Shown here piece by piece: positions 19,590 through 30,800 of a stretch of 64,000 bases of DNA. The position numbers and the translations under genes are program-made. Where the stretch lies: assembly GCA_016927065.1 (NCBI GenBank), contig JAFGNJ010000019.1, forward strand, positions 4,491 through 68,490, read 5' to 3'. The stretch's first letter is position 1. Every line of letters begins with the position of its first letter. The notes below the pieces were generated by a model. It was given only the letters and a program-made list of their open reading frames with translations, was not told the DNA's origin and did no database searches. Source of the stretch: Deltaproteobacteria bacterium (lineage in GTDB: Bacteria; Desulfobacterota; B13-G15; RBG-16-54-18).

Positions 19590-20135
19590 TTACGAAATTA
19601 CCGTTTCTTCATAGGCCCGTCTGAAAGCGTTGATATTCTTTTCAGCAATCCGGCCAAATCGCTCCTTGAGGGGATCAATTAGTGCCTCCTTATCCATCAC
19701 ATCCGCTGCCTTGAGTAAGGCCCCCAGCATGGTCGTATTCGTGATGGGCAATCCGATTACTTCTCTGGCTATCCTGGAGGCATTTACCGTGGCTACCGGT
19801 GTCGTAAAACCCAACTCTTTCTTGATCTCTTCAGGGGAAAATCGGGTATTGGTCACCAGAATCCCGTCCGCTTTGAGGCCATTACTGACATCCACGAGTC
19901 GCAAAATGCTCGGATCCAGTACCAGGACAATATCAGGTCTGTCTATTGCAGCCCTCACCTTAATCTGCTCCTCGCTGATCCGGCAATAGGCCACCACCGG
20001 AGCACCTCTGCGTTCTGGACCAAAACTCGGGAAGGCCTGGGCATATTTCCCCTCTTTAATGGCGGCTAAAGCCAAAAGTTCCGCCGACGTAACCGCCCCC
20101 TGCCCTCCCCTGCCATGTAGTCGTATTTCAATCAT
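19590..20135 (-). CDS. porC: POR gamma subunit
   Basis: IRLHGRGGQG, FGPERRGAPV, NTTMLGA; alternative GTG start at 20147. Confidence 0.9.
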   Translation of the reverse strand: MIEIRLHGRGGQGAVTSAELLALAAIKEGKYAQAFPSFGPERRGAPVVAYCRISEEQIKVRAAIDRPDIVLVLDPSILRLVDVSNGLKADGILVTNTRFSPEEIKKELGFTTPVATVNASRIAREVIGLPITNTTMLGALLKAADVMDKEALIDPLKERFGRIAEKNINAFRRAYEETVIS

Positions 20136-20211
20136 TTTATCTCGCACTATTTTTCACAATAAATGTCTAAAATAAAGATACCACAAGGTTATAAGAGTAT
20201 ATAAATTTTAC

Positions 20212-20240
20212 TTTATATGTTAAGAAAGGATCCATGTCAA
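20212..20240 (-). promoter_or_regulatory. sigma70 promoter of the por-nuoEFG operon
   Basis: TTGACA-17 nt-TATAAA on the minus strand. Confidence 0.7.
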
Positions 20241-20261
20241 CACTTTTTTTAAATTATTTTC

Positions 20262-20861
20262 TCATACCTCTTTCCTTCCCTCGAGAGACCTGCTCATCGT
20301 TCTACTGTCTACGTATTCTATATCCCCCCCAGCAGGAACTCCCTGAGCGATACGAGTTACCATTATCCCTAACGGCTTGATGACCTTGGCAAGGTAGAGT
20401 GCGGTAGCATCGCCTTCAACTGTTGGGTTCGTGGCGATAATAACCTCTACCACCTTGTCTCGCTCTAAACGCTCCAGGAGCTCAGCGATTTTCAACTCCT
20501 GTGGTCCAACCCCGTCTAAAGGGGCTATAGCTCCATGCAACACGTGATAGAGCCCTTTAAATACGCCCGTTGCTTCTACGGATATAAGGTCATTCGGGTC
20601 CTCTACAACACACAGAACGGAACGGTCTCTCTGGGAATTCCTACAGATCACGCATTGATCTCCCTCTGCAATATTAAAGCAGATCTGGCAAAGGCCTACT
20701 CTCTCCTTGACCCTCAGAATGCTTCTCGCTAAGGCCTGTGCTTCGTCTTGAGAGGAACGAAGTATATGGAGTGCAAGACGTGCTGCCGTCTTCTTACCAA
20801 CGCCCGGGAGTGTGGCAAGCTTATCAATCAAATCTTCTACAGTTGGAGTATACGTGGACAT
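20262..20861 (-). CDS. recR: Recombination mediator RecR
   Basis: LPGVGKKTA HhH, CQIC..CVIC zinc finger, TOPRIM (ATNPTVEG). Confidence 0.97.
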   Translation of the reverse strand: MSTYTPTVEDLIDKLATLPGVGKKTAARLALHILRSSQDEAQALARSILRVKERVGLCQICFNIAEGDQCVICRNSQRDRSVLCVVEDPNDLISVEATGVFKGLYHVLHGAIAPLDGVGPQELKIAELLERLERDKVVEVIIATNPTVEGDATALYLAKVIKPLGIMVTRIAQGVPAGGDIEYVDSRTMSRSLEGRKEV

Positions 20862-20862
20862 A

Positions 20863-21177
20863 TTACGTCAAACCAGGGATAGCCATGCCGCCCGTTAATC
20901 CTTTCATCTCCTCGGCCCAAATCTGCTGGGCCCTCCTGATCCCGTCATTCACTGCAGCGATGATCAAGTCCTGGAGCATCTCGATCTCTTGATGATCAAC
21001 GACTTCGGGGTCAATCTTCAGGGATATCAGTTCCTGTTTTCCATTCAGCACCACTGTGACCATCCCTCCCCCGGCTGTGGCCTCTATCGTCTTGTCAGCA
21101 AGCTCTTCCTGAAGTTCCATCATCTTGGACTGCAGCTTTTGTGCCTGTTTCATTAAATCTCCTAAACCCTTACTCAT
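20863..21177 (-). CDS. ybaB: YbaB/EbfC nucleoid-associated protein
   Basis: AGGGMVTV, LQDLIIAAVND; lies between dnaX and recR. Confidence 0.95.
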   Translation of the reverse strand: MSKGLGDLMKQAQKLQSKMMELQEELADKTIEATAGGGMVTVVLNGKQELISLKIDPEVVDHQEIEMLQDLIIAAVNDGIRRAQQIWAEEMKGLTGGMAIPGLT

Positions 21178-21201
21178 CTCACCACCTCCTTATGATCACA
21201 A

Positions 21202-22890
21202 TTATTCATTTACCTTAACTTCTACGATTCGCCCTTGGAATATCTCAACGGCCTCTTGCACAACATGGTTATCAATGGCCTCCTTCTTTCTGTGCCGCAC
21301 CAGATCCGTCTCACTGCCAGGAGGTGCCTTTGTAGACGTCTTCGCATCCTTGGATGGACTGGTGGGGGTAATCCTTATCTGTAACGCATCTTTGAAATGG
21401 CGCTGTGCGAGCTCCTCAACAGACTGTAAGGTAGTGCGCTCTGAGATCCGGTCGAGCGAGAAAGAATCTTTAGCAAAACCTATCTCCAAAATGGTATCAG
21501 TAAGCCTTAAGGGACGCCCTTGGGTCAAAAAGGAGGCGAGAATAGGATTTTCACCTCGAACAAAGTTGATAAACTCATCCCACTGCCGCACCTCCTCTTC
21601 ACTCGCCTCTACTCCTTCTTGAGAATCATGTGCAATCTCTTCCCTACACCCCCCTACTGGCTTTCGGCTGTTCGGTCCTCCACTCCCCTTGTTACTAACC
21701 GATTCTGAAACGGCGCGGCGGTTTTCTGTATTACTCGCATGAGGTGAGAGGGTGTTTTCTAATCGTTCCACTCGTGACAAGATCTCATCAAGTGGAAGCA
21801 GTGACTCCAGGCGCGCCATCTCTACTACCGTCATCTCCAATACGACCTTTGGAAAGGGGGTTCGTGTCATCAATTCTTCACCCTTGAGTAAAATCTGAAA
21901 TAATCGATGAAGGTCCTCAAAACTTACCCCTCCCCCTTGACTCAATAGCTCCTTCGCTTCATCCTCAGGTACTGAGATTACAGAACTTTTACCTCCTTCA
22001 AGTTTCATTACCAATAGATTACGGAAGTGGTTCAGAAAATCCTTGCAGAATTGTCCCAAATCATAACCGCGATTATACAGATCATCAATGAGAGCGAGAC
22101 ACCGTTTCGCGTCCTTCTCAAAAATAGCTGCGGAAAGATCGAAAAGGATTTGTCGATCGCCAATTCCAAGCAAGGTTAAGATATCATCTTTCTGTATCTC
22201 TTTCCCACTATAAGAAATGACCTGGTCGAGAAGACTCTGAGCATCCCTCATACCCCCTTCCGCTTCTCGGGCGATGAGCATAAGGGCATCGTCATCTATT
22301 CGCACCTCTTCAGCTGAAGCGATCGCCCGCAACCGCTCAAAGATCAAATTTAAGGGGATTCGCTTGAAATCAAAGCGCTGACAGCGCGAGAGAATGGTCA
22401 GCGGAATCTTATGGGGCTCGGTAGTGGCAAAGACAAAGAGGACATGAGAAGGTGGTTCTTCTAATGTCTTCAGTAAGGCATTAAAGGCGCTGGTAGAGAG
22501 CATATGGACTTCATCAATAATATAAATCTTGTACCTGCTTTTGCTGGGGAGATACCTGACGTTCTCCCGCAGCTCCCGCACATTATCCACGCCGGTATTT
22601 GAGGCCCCGTCAATCTCCAATACATCTATGGAGCTCCCCTCAGCGATCTCCTTACAGTTTTCACATTGATTACAGGGCTTTTGGGTCGGACCTTGGACAC
22701 AGTTTGCCGCCTTGGCCAAGATCCTGGCCGCTGAGGTCTTCCCAACCCCCCGGGGGCCAGCAAAAAGAAAGGCATGAGCCAGCCTGCCGGCGGCGATGGC
22801 GTTCTGGAGGGTCCGGGTCACGTGGTCTTGCCCTATGAGCTCCTCAAATACCTGCGGTCGCCATTTTCGTGCTAAGACAAGATAAGACAT
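21202..22890 (-). CDS. dnaX: DNA polymerase III subunit gamma/tau
   Basis: YLVLARKWRPQ, GPRGVGKT, IIDEVHML, SRCQ. Confidence 0.97.
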   Translation of the reverse strand: MSYLVLARKWRPQVFEELIGQDHVTRTLQNAIAAGRLAHAFLFAGPRGVGKTSAARILAKAANCVQGPTQKPCNQCENCKEIAEGSSIDVLEIDGASNTGVDNVRELRENVRYLPSKSRYKIYIIDEVHMLSTSAFNALLKTLEEPPSHVLFVFATTEPHKIPLTILSRCQRFDFKRIPLNLIFERLRAIASAEEVRIDDDALMLIAREAEGGMRDAQSLLDQVISYSGKEIQKDDILTLLGIGDRQILFDLSAAIFEKDAKRCLALIDDLYNRGYDLGQFCKDFLNHFRNLLVMKLEGGKSSVISVPEDEAKELLSQGGGVSFEDLHRLFQILLKGEELMTRTPFPKVVLEMTVVEMARLESLLPLDEILSRVERLENTLSPHASNTENRRAVSESVSNKGSGGPNSRKPVGGCREEIAHDSQEGVEASEEEVRQWDEFINFVRGENPILASFLTQGRPLRLTDTILEIGFAKDSFSLDRISERTTLQSVEELAQRHFKDALQIRITPTSPSKDAKTSTKAPPGSETDLVRHRKKEAIDNHVVQEAVEIFQGRIVEVKVNE

Positions 22891-22928
22891 ATTTGCAACA
22901 TTCCTCTTTTACAACCTGTTCTACCACC

Positions 22929-23056
22929 CACCAGGTACTATTGATAGCTAGGTTTACTGCGACACCTGATAAAATTACTACCGCTGCTTCCTTCCGGACC
23001 TGACGGGGTTTGTAACTATCCGGTACGCAGGACCTAGCTATCAATAGTACCTGGTG
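22929..23056 (-). ncRNA. ffs: Signal recognition particle RNA
   Basis: CCGTCAGGTCCGGAAGGAAGCAGCGG helix-8 motif in a long hairpin directly upstream of dnaX; ends approximate. Confidence 0.9.
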
Positions 23057-23176
23057 AGAGACGCAGAGTCATACACTGCACATTCTCGCTGACATTCTTA
23101 TGCTGGCACCAACCACCATCAGTCACAAGCTCATCTCTATAAGCTAACTAAGACATTGAACCTTGCTAAATTTTCT

Positions 23177-23254
23177 GGCGGATCCGGCAAAAGCCTTTAT
23201 AGCTTTCTTTTGACAAGATCTCGCCAATCTTTTTGCTTTGCAAAAAATTGGCGG
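23177..23254. repeat. Mosaic repeat unit attached to the tRNA-Ser(GGA) 3' end
   Basis: GGCGGATCCG - 27 nt - CAAGATCTCGCC - 24 nt hairpin - GGCGG (tRNA end). Confidence 0.75.
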
Positions 23255-23337
23255 AGAGAGAGGGATTCGAACCCTCGGTACCGTTAGGCACACACGATTT
23301 CCAATCGTGCCCCTTCGGCCAGCTCGGGCATCTCTCC
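23249..23337 (-). tRNA. tRNA-Ser(GGA)
   Basis: GGAGAGATG...CACGA-TTGGAAA-TCGTG, long variable arm, GGTTCGAATCC, encoded CCA. Confidence 0.95.
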
Positions 23338-23477
23338 GGGATTCTGTCGCTCCCGCTCTCCTCTTTAAATACAGGGATTACGGGATCCCGAAACGGGAAG
23401 AGCGGCAGGTTATAACTAAGCATTAAATAAAAACCCATTATAAGCTATACGTGGAATGTAGCAAAGCTACATTACCT

Positions 23478-23770
<293 letters not shown>

Positions 23771-23772
23771 TT

Positions 23773-24237
23773 TTATCCCCGCCGAGCGTTAAAAAAGGAC
23801 TGCATGATCTCCTGACAGCGCTCGGAAAGTATACCCTCTGTTACTTGCACCTGATGGTTTAATCTCTTATCGTTCAGCAGGCGATAAAGGGATTTAACTC
23901 CCCCACCCTTCTCGTCCCGCGCCCCGAAGATGAGGCGAGAGATTCGGCTGTGCACGATTGCCCCGGCACACATAGGGCAAGGTTCAATGGTCACAAAGAG
24001 TTCACAACCGTTTAGGCGGTAGTTCCCCACCTGTGCGGCCCCCTCGCGCAGGACCAATATCTCGGCATGAGCAGTGGGGTCATCCAAGGAGAGGGACCGG
24101 TTGTGATTCCGGGCCACAACCTGGTTATCACTGACCAAGACCGCGCCAACGGGAACCTCCCCTTCCCGCGAAGCTTGTAACGCCTCCTCTATGGCCAACT
24201 CCATAATTTCGTATTCTGTCAAAGAGCTTGTTCTCAT
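23773..24237 (-). CDS. tadA: tRNA adenosine(34) deaminase
   Basis: EVPVGAV, HAE, EPCPMC. Confidence 0.95.
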   Translation of the reverse strand: MRTSSLTEYEIMELAIEEALQASREGEVPVGAVLVSDNQVVARNHNRSLSLDDPTAHAEILVLREGAAQVGNYRLNGCELFVTIEPCPMCAGAIVHSRISRLIFGARDEKGGGVKSLYRLLNDKRLNHQVQVTEGILSERCQEIMQSFFNARRG

Positions 24238-24436
24238 CCCTGCTTCGGTAACTAATAATATCTACATGCTAACAAAAAAACAAGGGAGGGGCAAGGGATA
24301 TCAGATGATGCGTTTCCACGTGCCGTGCTCGGTGCTTTACATCAAAGGTTTTTCTTGACAATACAGCCATTTTACACTACCGTCCTTATTGCTATAAAAA
24401 AATTATTAAAAAATATCTTGATATGAGGAGGAAATT

Positions 24437-24706
24437 ATGAATATCTTTCAGAGGATCATCCTAGTGTTGGGAGCTGCTACATTGGTTGCAGCTATCTTGA
24501 CGACTCCGATGATAGTTAATGTGCAAGGGATGTATGCAAAACCTTCTGCGGCTGATCTTATTCAGATAGAATTAGAGCCCATGATAACACCTTCCACTGC
24601 CATTGTGCGCTCAGTCGGTGTTATCGGCGTAACGGTCTTGCTCTTCTTTGCACTCAGTGGCATTGAGCTCAAAAAACGGGCGAAAAAGGCTAAACCCAAA
24701 ATGTAA
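24437..24706 (+). CDS. Small 2-TM hypothetical protein
   Basis: RBS GAGGAGG; two hydrophobic segments and a basic tail. Confidence 0.65.
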   Translation: MNIFQRIILVLGAATLVAAILTTPMIVNVQGMYAKPSAADLIQIELEPMITPSTAIVRSVGVIGVTVLLFFALSGIELKKRAKKAKPKM

Positions 24707-24776
24707 CATCAAAAGAACGCTCGTATATGATGTAACAGGTAAGCACGTGGCCGAAGAGGCCTCCACAAAAACACGT

Positions 24777-24806
24777 AAAGGGCTAGCCGATATCGGCTAG
24801 CCCTTT
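24777..24806. terminator. Perfect 30-bp palindrome, likely bidirectional terminator
   Basis: AAAGGGCTAGCCGATATCGGCTAGCCCTTT between convergent genes. Confidence 0.75.
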
Positions 24807-24815
24807 TCATACGTA

Positions 24816-24856
24816 TGGCGCGCCCAAGAGGTTGTGAACCTCTGACCTATGGATTC
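24816..24856 (-). repeat. Degenerate 3' half of a tRNA-Arg(ACG) (att scar)
   Basis: 30/41 identical to 39415-39455, from CCA to the anticodon loop. Confidence 0.75.
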
Positions 24857-24872
24857 TTTCTAAGACAGTTTA

Positions 24873-27800
24873 TCACCACTTGGCGACAAAATTAACGAAC
24901 CACCCTCCTGCATCATAACTCAAGTTTGTCAGATCATCATTAAAATCGGTGAAATTGTACCCTACGCCGACCTTAATGTGGTCTCCAAAATGCCGGTAGA
25001 GGCATACCAACGGCCCATGCTTGTAGTCCTCCGCCTGAAAAACCTTCAAAAAACGGTATTCAAGACTGGCGTCCCAGTTCTTGATAACATGATAATCAAG
25101 CCTCCCCGCGAAAAGCACAGTGTCCGAAGAAAACCACTCCCCGCTCGTCCTTCCCATTCGCATCTGCGCCGATTTGTAGGCCGCCTTCCCTCCTACGCTA
25201 AAATATCTGGAAAGGTCATATATCCCTTCCAATGAAACCACATGGCTTCTCTCATCTACTTCAGTGCTACCAACCTGAGAAAGCGGCGGGAGGTCTTCTA
25301 AGAATGTATATTTAAACAACATGTTGAGTTTATCCACCTTTATTGGTCTATAAGCAAAACCTGTACTAATCTCGAAAAAGTGGGCATCGTCCATATTCAT
25401 CGTTTGATTGTGGGTCAAAGAAAAATTGCAATTGGCGAGAAAAGACCACTCTTTATTCACCGTATATTTGAGCGACGTGGTTGTAATGTATTGGTTCTCA
25501 TCCACATCTCCCCTATCGAAACGCATTTCAAATCTGGAAGATGCTTTAAAAGGTTCATGGTCGTATGTCACCCCGAAAGAAGCGGTATCCCTCTTGATGA
25601 TATTATGCTCCACATATGAATCCGCCGTGTCTTTGGTCACATGGGCGCTTTCATACTTTACATCAATATTCCATCTATCGTTCGGGAGATACCTGATTCC
25701 GATGATATCTGAGAAGGCATTCTCCAACCTGGATTCCTTGAATTGGTTTTCAGAATAGACGTCTGTCCTCTCGTTCACCTTAGCAGTAGAGCCAAAGGTA
25801 ACCGTATGCGTTCTCCCTTCTGTTCTGTCGGTAGAAAACATATAACTTGTGTACGTATTAACCTTGTCATTCATGCTGCTCATGAGCCCTACCCTTCCGC
25901 CATACCCCAAATTGCCCCCAAAACCTTCGAGGCCGGCCCTAAGCCATTCCGTGATCTGCGAGTTTATCCCGATGGTCGTCTTATTGTTTTCCGGGGTATT
26001 ATCGTTGTTATAGAGCGTTACCTGCTGGGCTGCGTATAACTCGGTACCGTTATTAAAATCATACGAGAGTTTGATCCCGGCAATCACATCCTCTTCCGTG
26101 CCGAGGATGGTATCGGCTTCAGGATGCTCCGGTTGTATATTGTTCTCGTCCTCGTCTAGTTTTTTATGTCTCACCTCGAAAATGCTTCTGAATCTGTCTG
26201 TCCAGTGACTTTCCAGTTGAGCCGTTGAGATGCTCTCATAGAAATCGTCCGCTTCATCAAAGGTGGAATGCTTTACGCTTACGAAGTGATTTTTTGTAAT
26301 ATCGTATCGTGCGTTCACGCCGAATTCAGTGGTATCGTGTTCCGTTTCTTTGCCTAAACTAGAAAATCCCTCTTCTCGAAAGACATAGTATGCCTCGAGG
26401 CCCAGCGGGAATGCGCCGTCCGTAATTTCTTTAAAATCAATTACCTGACCCGCCTTAAAGGCGTTCCCTCTGTCCGTCGTGGCCGATGACTCTATGGGCG
26501 CAAAGCTCAGGCCGCCATCGACGGAAAATAATCCAGGTATCTGTGTCTGTTGGGAAGAGGCAAATTCAAAATTGGTATACGTCCCTTTAAAGAGCTTGAT
26601 CTTCGCATCTACGCCATAGAGGTTATAGTCCTGGTTATCCCGTGTCTCCCTCACAAAGGTAGAGCCCAGGCCGAATTGATCGAAGATCCACCAAAAACCT
26701 CTTGCCCCAGCGGTAAGATTTTCTACCCCCTCGGTGCAGCCGAAGCAGTCGGTGTTATATTCATAGTCCACTACTAAAAAGACACTATCCCCATTTATGA
26801 GGGCGCTGCTTATAATGGTCTGAGAATTGGCAAGGATGGGAAGCGGTGAACTGAGCAAAATGCGGCCTTGATAGTAGTCAATCTCGTAATCCGCCCCCGC
26901 TAACAGCGTTGCGATACTGATCACCCTGCCGGAATCTTTATCTCGTATCTCAATAGCAACCTTCTCCGATCCTTCCACTACCCGCTGGTTTCTCAAATAA
27001 TAGAGGCTGCCGCCGGTAGACAAAAATTCATTATGGTCTTGCAGCGTCTGGCATTGGGAAACAAACCCGGTGAACATTCCTTTGGAATCTCCGAATTGCG
27101 TCTCGGCGAGGGATTCATAATAGACCTTGGCGCCGTAAAGGCTGCGGTTGTATCTGGCGAGTTCTGTACCGGTAATTTGGGTATTATAGTTCCCCCAGAG
27201 GACCTCGGATTTGTCCCACTCAAGCCTTACATAAAATCTACCTTGGGTCTCGACATCGCTGATAAGGGTCGAATCATCGCCATAGACCGGGTAATATTTA
27301 TCAGGGTCGAGGTTACGGAAGATACGCTTGGGGTCCTTATCATCGAACCGCTTATAGATATCTTGAATCTCCCCATCTTCCGTATCCAGGTACGCGGTCA
27401 GAAGATATTTGCCCTTTATTTTCCCTTTTAGATAAAAGGCCGCCCTTCCGTCTACATAGATCTCTTCATCATAATGGTCATCCTGTGCAACCGGCTCGAC
27501 ATGGCCGCTGAAGGAATATTGTCCGAGGTTCACATCGACGATGCCGACGATAAAGAACTCGGTAAAAAAGTCCTTAAAAAAGGCCTTTACCCCTCCTCCT
27601 TCTTTATTGTTAATATCAACATCTACCTTCTCCGTCTGAGAAGCCTTCACGCCCCCCTCATTATCCTTGACGATTATGGTAGCGTGATGCTCTCCCGGAG
27701 GCTTGATCGACTCTGCGATAAATCCCCCCTCTTCATCTACTGGAACATACTCCTCATCGATATAGACGTGGTCAGTTGGGGCCAGATTTTTCCCATAAAA

Positions 27801-30800
27801 TACGACCTTTTCGCCTTTGGGAATGATACTCCGTTGAGCGGTATTATCGATGCCAAAACCAGGAAATTTCCCCTCTGTTAAGGCCTTTACACTATCGTGC
27901 TCTCCTTCTTCAAACAATGCCCCACTTGAGACCGTGAAAAACTTGGGTATCGTCTCATCCCTTCTGCCTTCTTCGTTATAGACTTCGAGGATGTACTTGT
28001 ATTCTTTGTTGATATCTATTAATTCGCCGTTGTCCAGGATGCCATTCCAATACACCGGCTCATAATTACTGGCCTGCTGTAACTCGATGGTCTTAAGGGG
28101 ATAGATGCATTCAACATCCTTCTTGTCATAAATGCTAATCTTGTACTCCTGGATGAAATCGGGGTAGTTCGTATAAATGTAAAAGGCGATGTCCTCCTTC
28201 AAACCGGCATCCGTTCTCAGGATTGCATCATTCATGAGCGATACGTTCAGCCTTGGATCAGTTATAAAGCGATCCTGGGAAACCGTTATAATGGGAGTTT
28301 TACCATCATGAGTATCCTGCACGGGCTCAACACCCTCCTGCGACGAGGGAACTGCGGCGGGCAACTGGACCCCGAAATTTATCTTTTTCATAAGGGCGGA
28401 GGTAATTCTGACGACACGGGGGTTCTCAGTAGTAAATCTTGTGCCTGCGGGGAGAGATTTGGGGTCGACTTTTAAGATAAAGTTCCTCCCCCTGTCCCAT
28501 CTGCCGGGGTCGACCCCTGCAATGTGATACCTCCCAAACTTATCCGTGGTAACAATCTCTCCCCGCACCGATATCACCTTTGCCATGGCAATACCCTCTT
28601 CCCCCTCATCCTGAATCCCATTGCCATTCTTATCATGAAAGACCTTGCCGATGATCGTGGTAAGCTCAAATATTGGATCTTTTATCACACAGACACTTGC
28701 ACTGGCGATATTCGAAATGCGATTGCCGCCTCTCATGGCGAAGGCGGTATTTTTATATTCCCCTTCCTGCACCCCCGAGCCGACCACCAAGATATAGGTG
28801 ATGGTTCTTGTTTGACCGACTGCAAAGGTAAGGTTCTGAAATTCGAGCGGACGAGTGCCCACCGGGTTGATACTTTGTCCATCAATCCGCGCCGACCCAT
28901 CCACATACTTGAACCCAGCGGGGATGTTGTCACGAATGGTAATAGTACCCACGAAGGGGGCACCGGTCGTGTTTTGTATCCTCAGTGTATAGAGGATGAG
29001 ATCGCCGATACTCACGGTCTTCTTGTTAACAGACTTAGTAATAAAGAAGGCCTCACCTGCGGGGTCCAAGGGGATATGGTTGTTCACCACGTTGGCCGAT
29101 ACCAGGGGGGTAAAGGAAAACGAAAGGAAATATTGAGTCGTATCAGCGCCTGCGGCAAGCCCTCCTGAGTCTGCCGGACACACCCCTGGCAAGTCCGTTG
29201 ACGGCGGACCGTCATTGTTCTGGACCACCGCCGGAGCAGGCGCCGCAAGGACTGTCAGCGTGTTGCTGCACGGAGGTATGAGAGTCGAGATGCCCGGCAC
29301 ATACCCTGGGGGTGATGTGGTTGTTAGGGTATAGGTGCCTGTCGGGGCGGTATTTAAGAGCAAAAACTGGTAGTCTCCCATGGGACCAGTGGTCTGGGTC
29401 GCATTGGCTGCCCCACCGACAAGATGCACGGCCGGATCGAAACCAGGCGGTCCTGAGATGGTTATGGTAGCCCCCGCTACTCGAACACGGGTCACGGCAT
29501 CGTAAATCACGCCCGAAGGATCCAACGGCAGATTCTGATTTATAGCGTCGTCGCCGCCGGCGAGCGTCAGATCACGAATAGTACCGTAGTCAAGATCAAC
29601 CCCAGGCCACACAGAGATGGGATGACCGTAAATGTAACCACCGGACGGGTGGCGGAAGCGAATCTCATAGGTACCGGGAGACAGGCCGGTAATGGCATAT
29701 GCTCCGGCGGCATTAGTTGTCGTCGTGGCAATAAGTGTATAGGTAGTATCAGTGGGGTTTGCGCGCTGGATCAGCTCGACAGTCCAGTTAGCCATGAGAG
29801 GTTCGCCCGCATCGAGATCACGCTGGTGGTCAAGGTCAAGCCATACCGTGCCCGAGACCTGGGCAACACCGGCCGCCCCTTGCCTCTCCCCGAAGTTGTA
29901 TCCGGTCCCCAAGGCCCCGGGAGTGGGAAAAACGATTGCTGAAAAGACATCGTTTACCGCCGTGCTACCGCCAAGCGTACCAACGGTATCTTGCCCGTCG
30001 ATCCACCCAGCCGGTGGTGTCTCGGTTATCGTATATCCCGCCGCATTCGGCATCGGCAGGTTGTCGAAACTATAGCTGCCGTCAGACGCGGTGGTAGTGA
30101 CAAGGTTTACGGCATTACCGTTGATGTCTGTGCCAGTAAGCGTGACCGTGACGTTGGGTATGCCCGGCTCAGCCGGCTCATCGATGCCGTTGTTGTTGAT
30201 ATCGTTGTACACGGTCCCGGCAAGACTGCCGCCGATCTCACCAAAATTATAGTCAGTAGCAATGGTAGTAGTACTGAGGTCAATGTTGCTAATTATGTCG
30301 TTGCCGAGCGTACCACCGGCCGAGCCGACACTGTCCAGGCCGTCTGCCCAGGCAAGGGGTTGTGTTTCAGTGACGGTATAGGTGCCGGCGCGCAGGGGGC
30401 CAAAACCATAGGCGCCGCTGGCATTGGTGGTGGTGCTGACAGTGACGGGGTTACCAAGGTAATCGGTCCCCGTGAGGGTGATCTGCACATTGGGGATACC
30501 GGTAGTCTCACCGGCATCTCGAACGCCGTCGTTGTCTTCATCACTCCAGACGTATCCGGAGATGCTTGCGGCCGGTATCTCACCGAACAGATACCCAGCC
30601 AGCGCGGTGTTGGCGGGAACGATGATGCTGGATATGACGTCAGTCGTCCTGCTGCCTGGTATAGCACTAGCGCCGTTGTCCCTGCTGTCGAGGCCGTCGA
30701 AATAAGATAAAGGCGGCTGGGTTTCAGTTATCGTGTACCCGGAAGCGTCAGAGGGCGACAGGTTGTTAAAACGGTAAAAACCACCGGCATTGGTAGTGGT

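Noticed and set aside
20143-20160. Rex operator upstream of porC
   Set aside because: Only one half-site (TTGTGAA on the minus strand) matches; the other half does not.
21202-22890. Programmed -1 frameshift in dnaX
   Set aside because: No A AAA AAG slippery heptamer seen on the coding strand.
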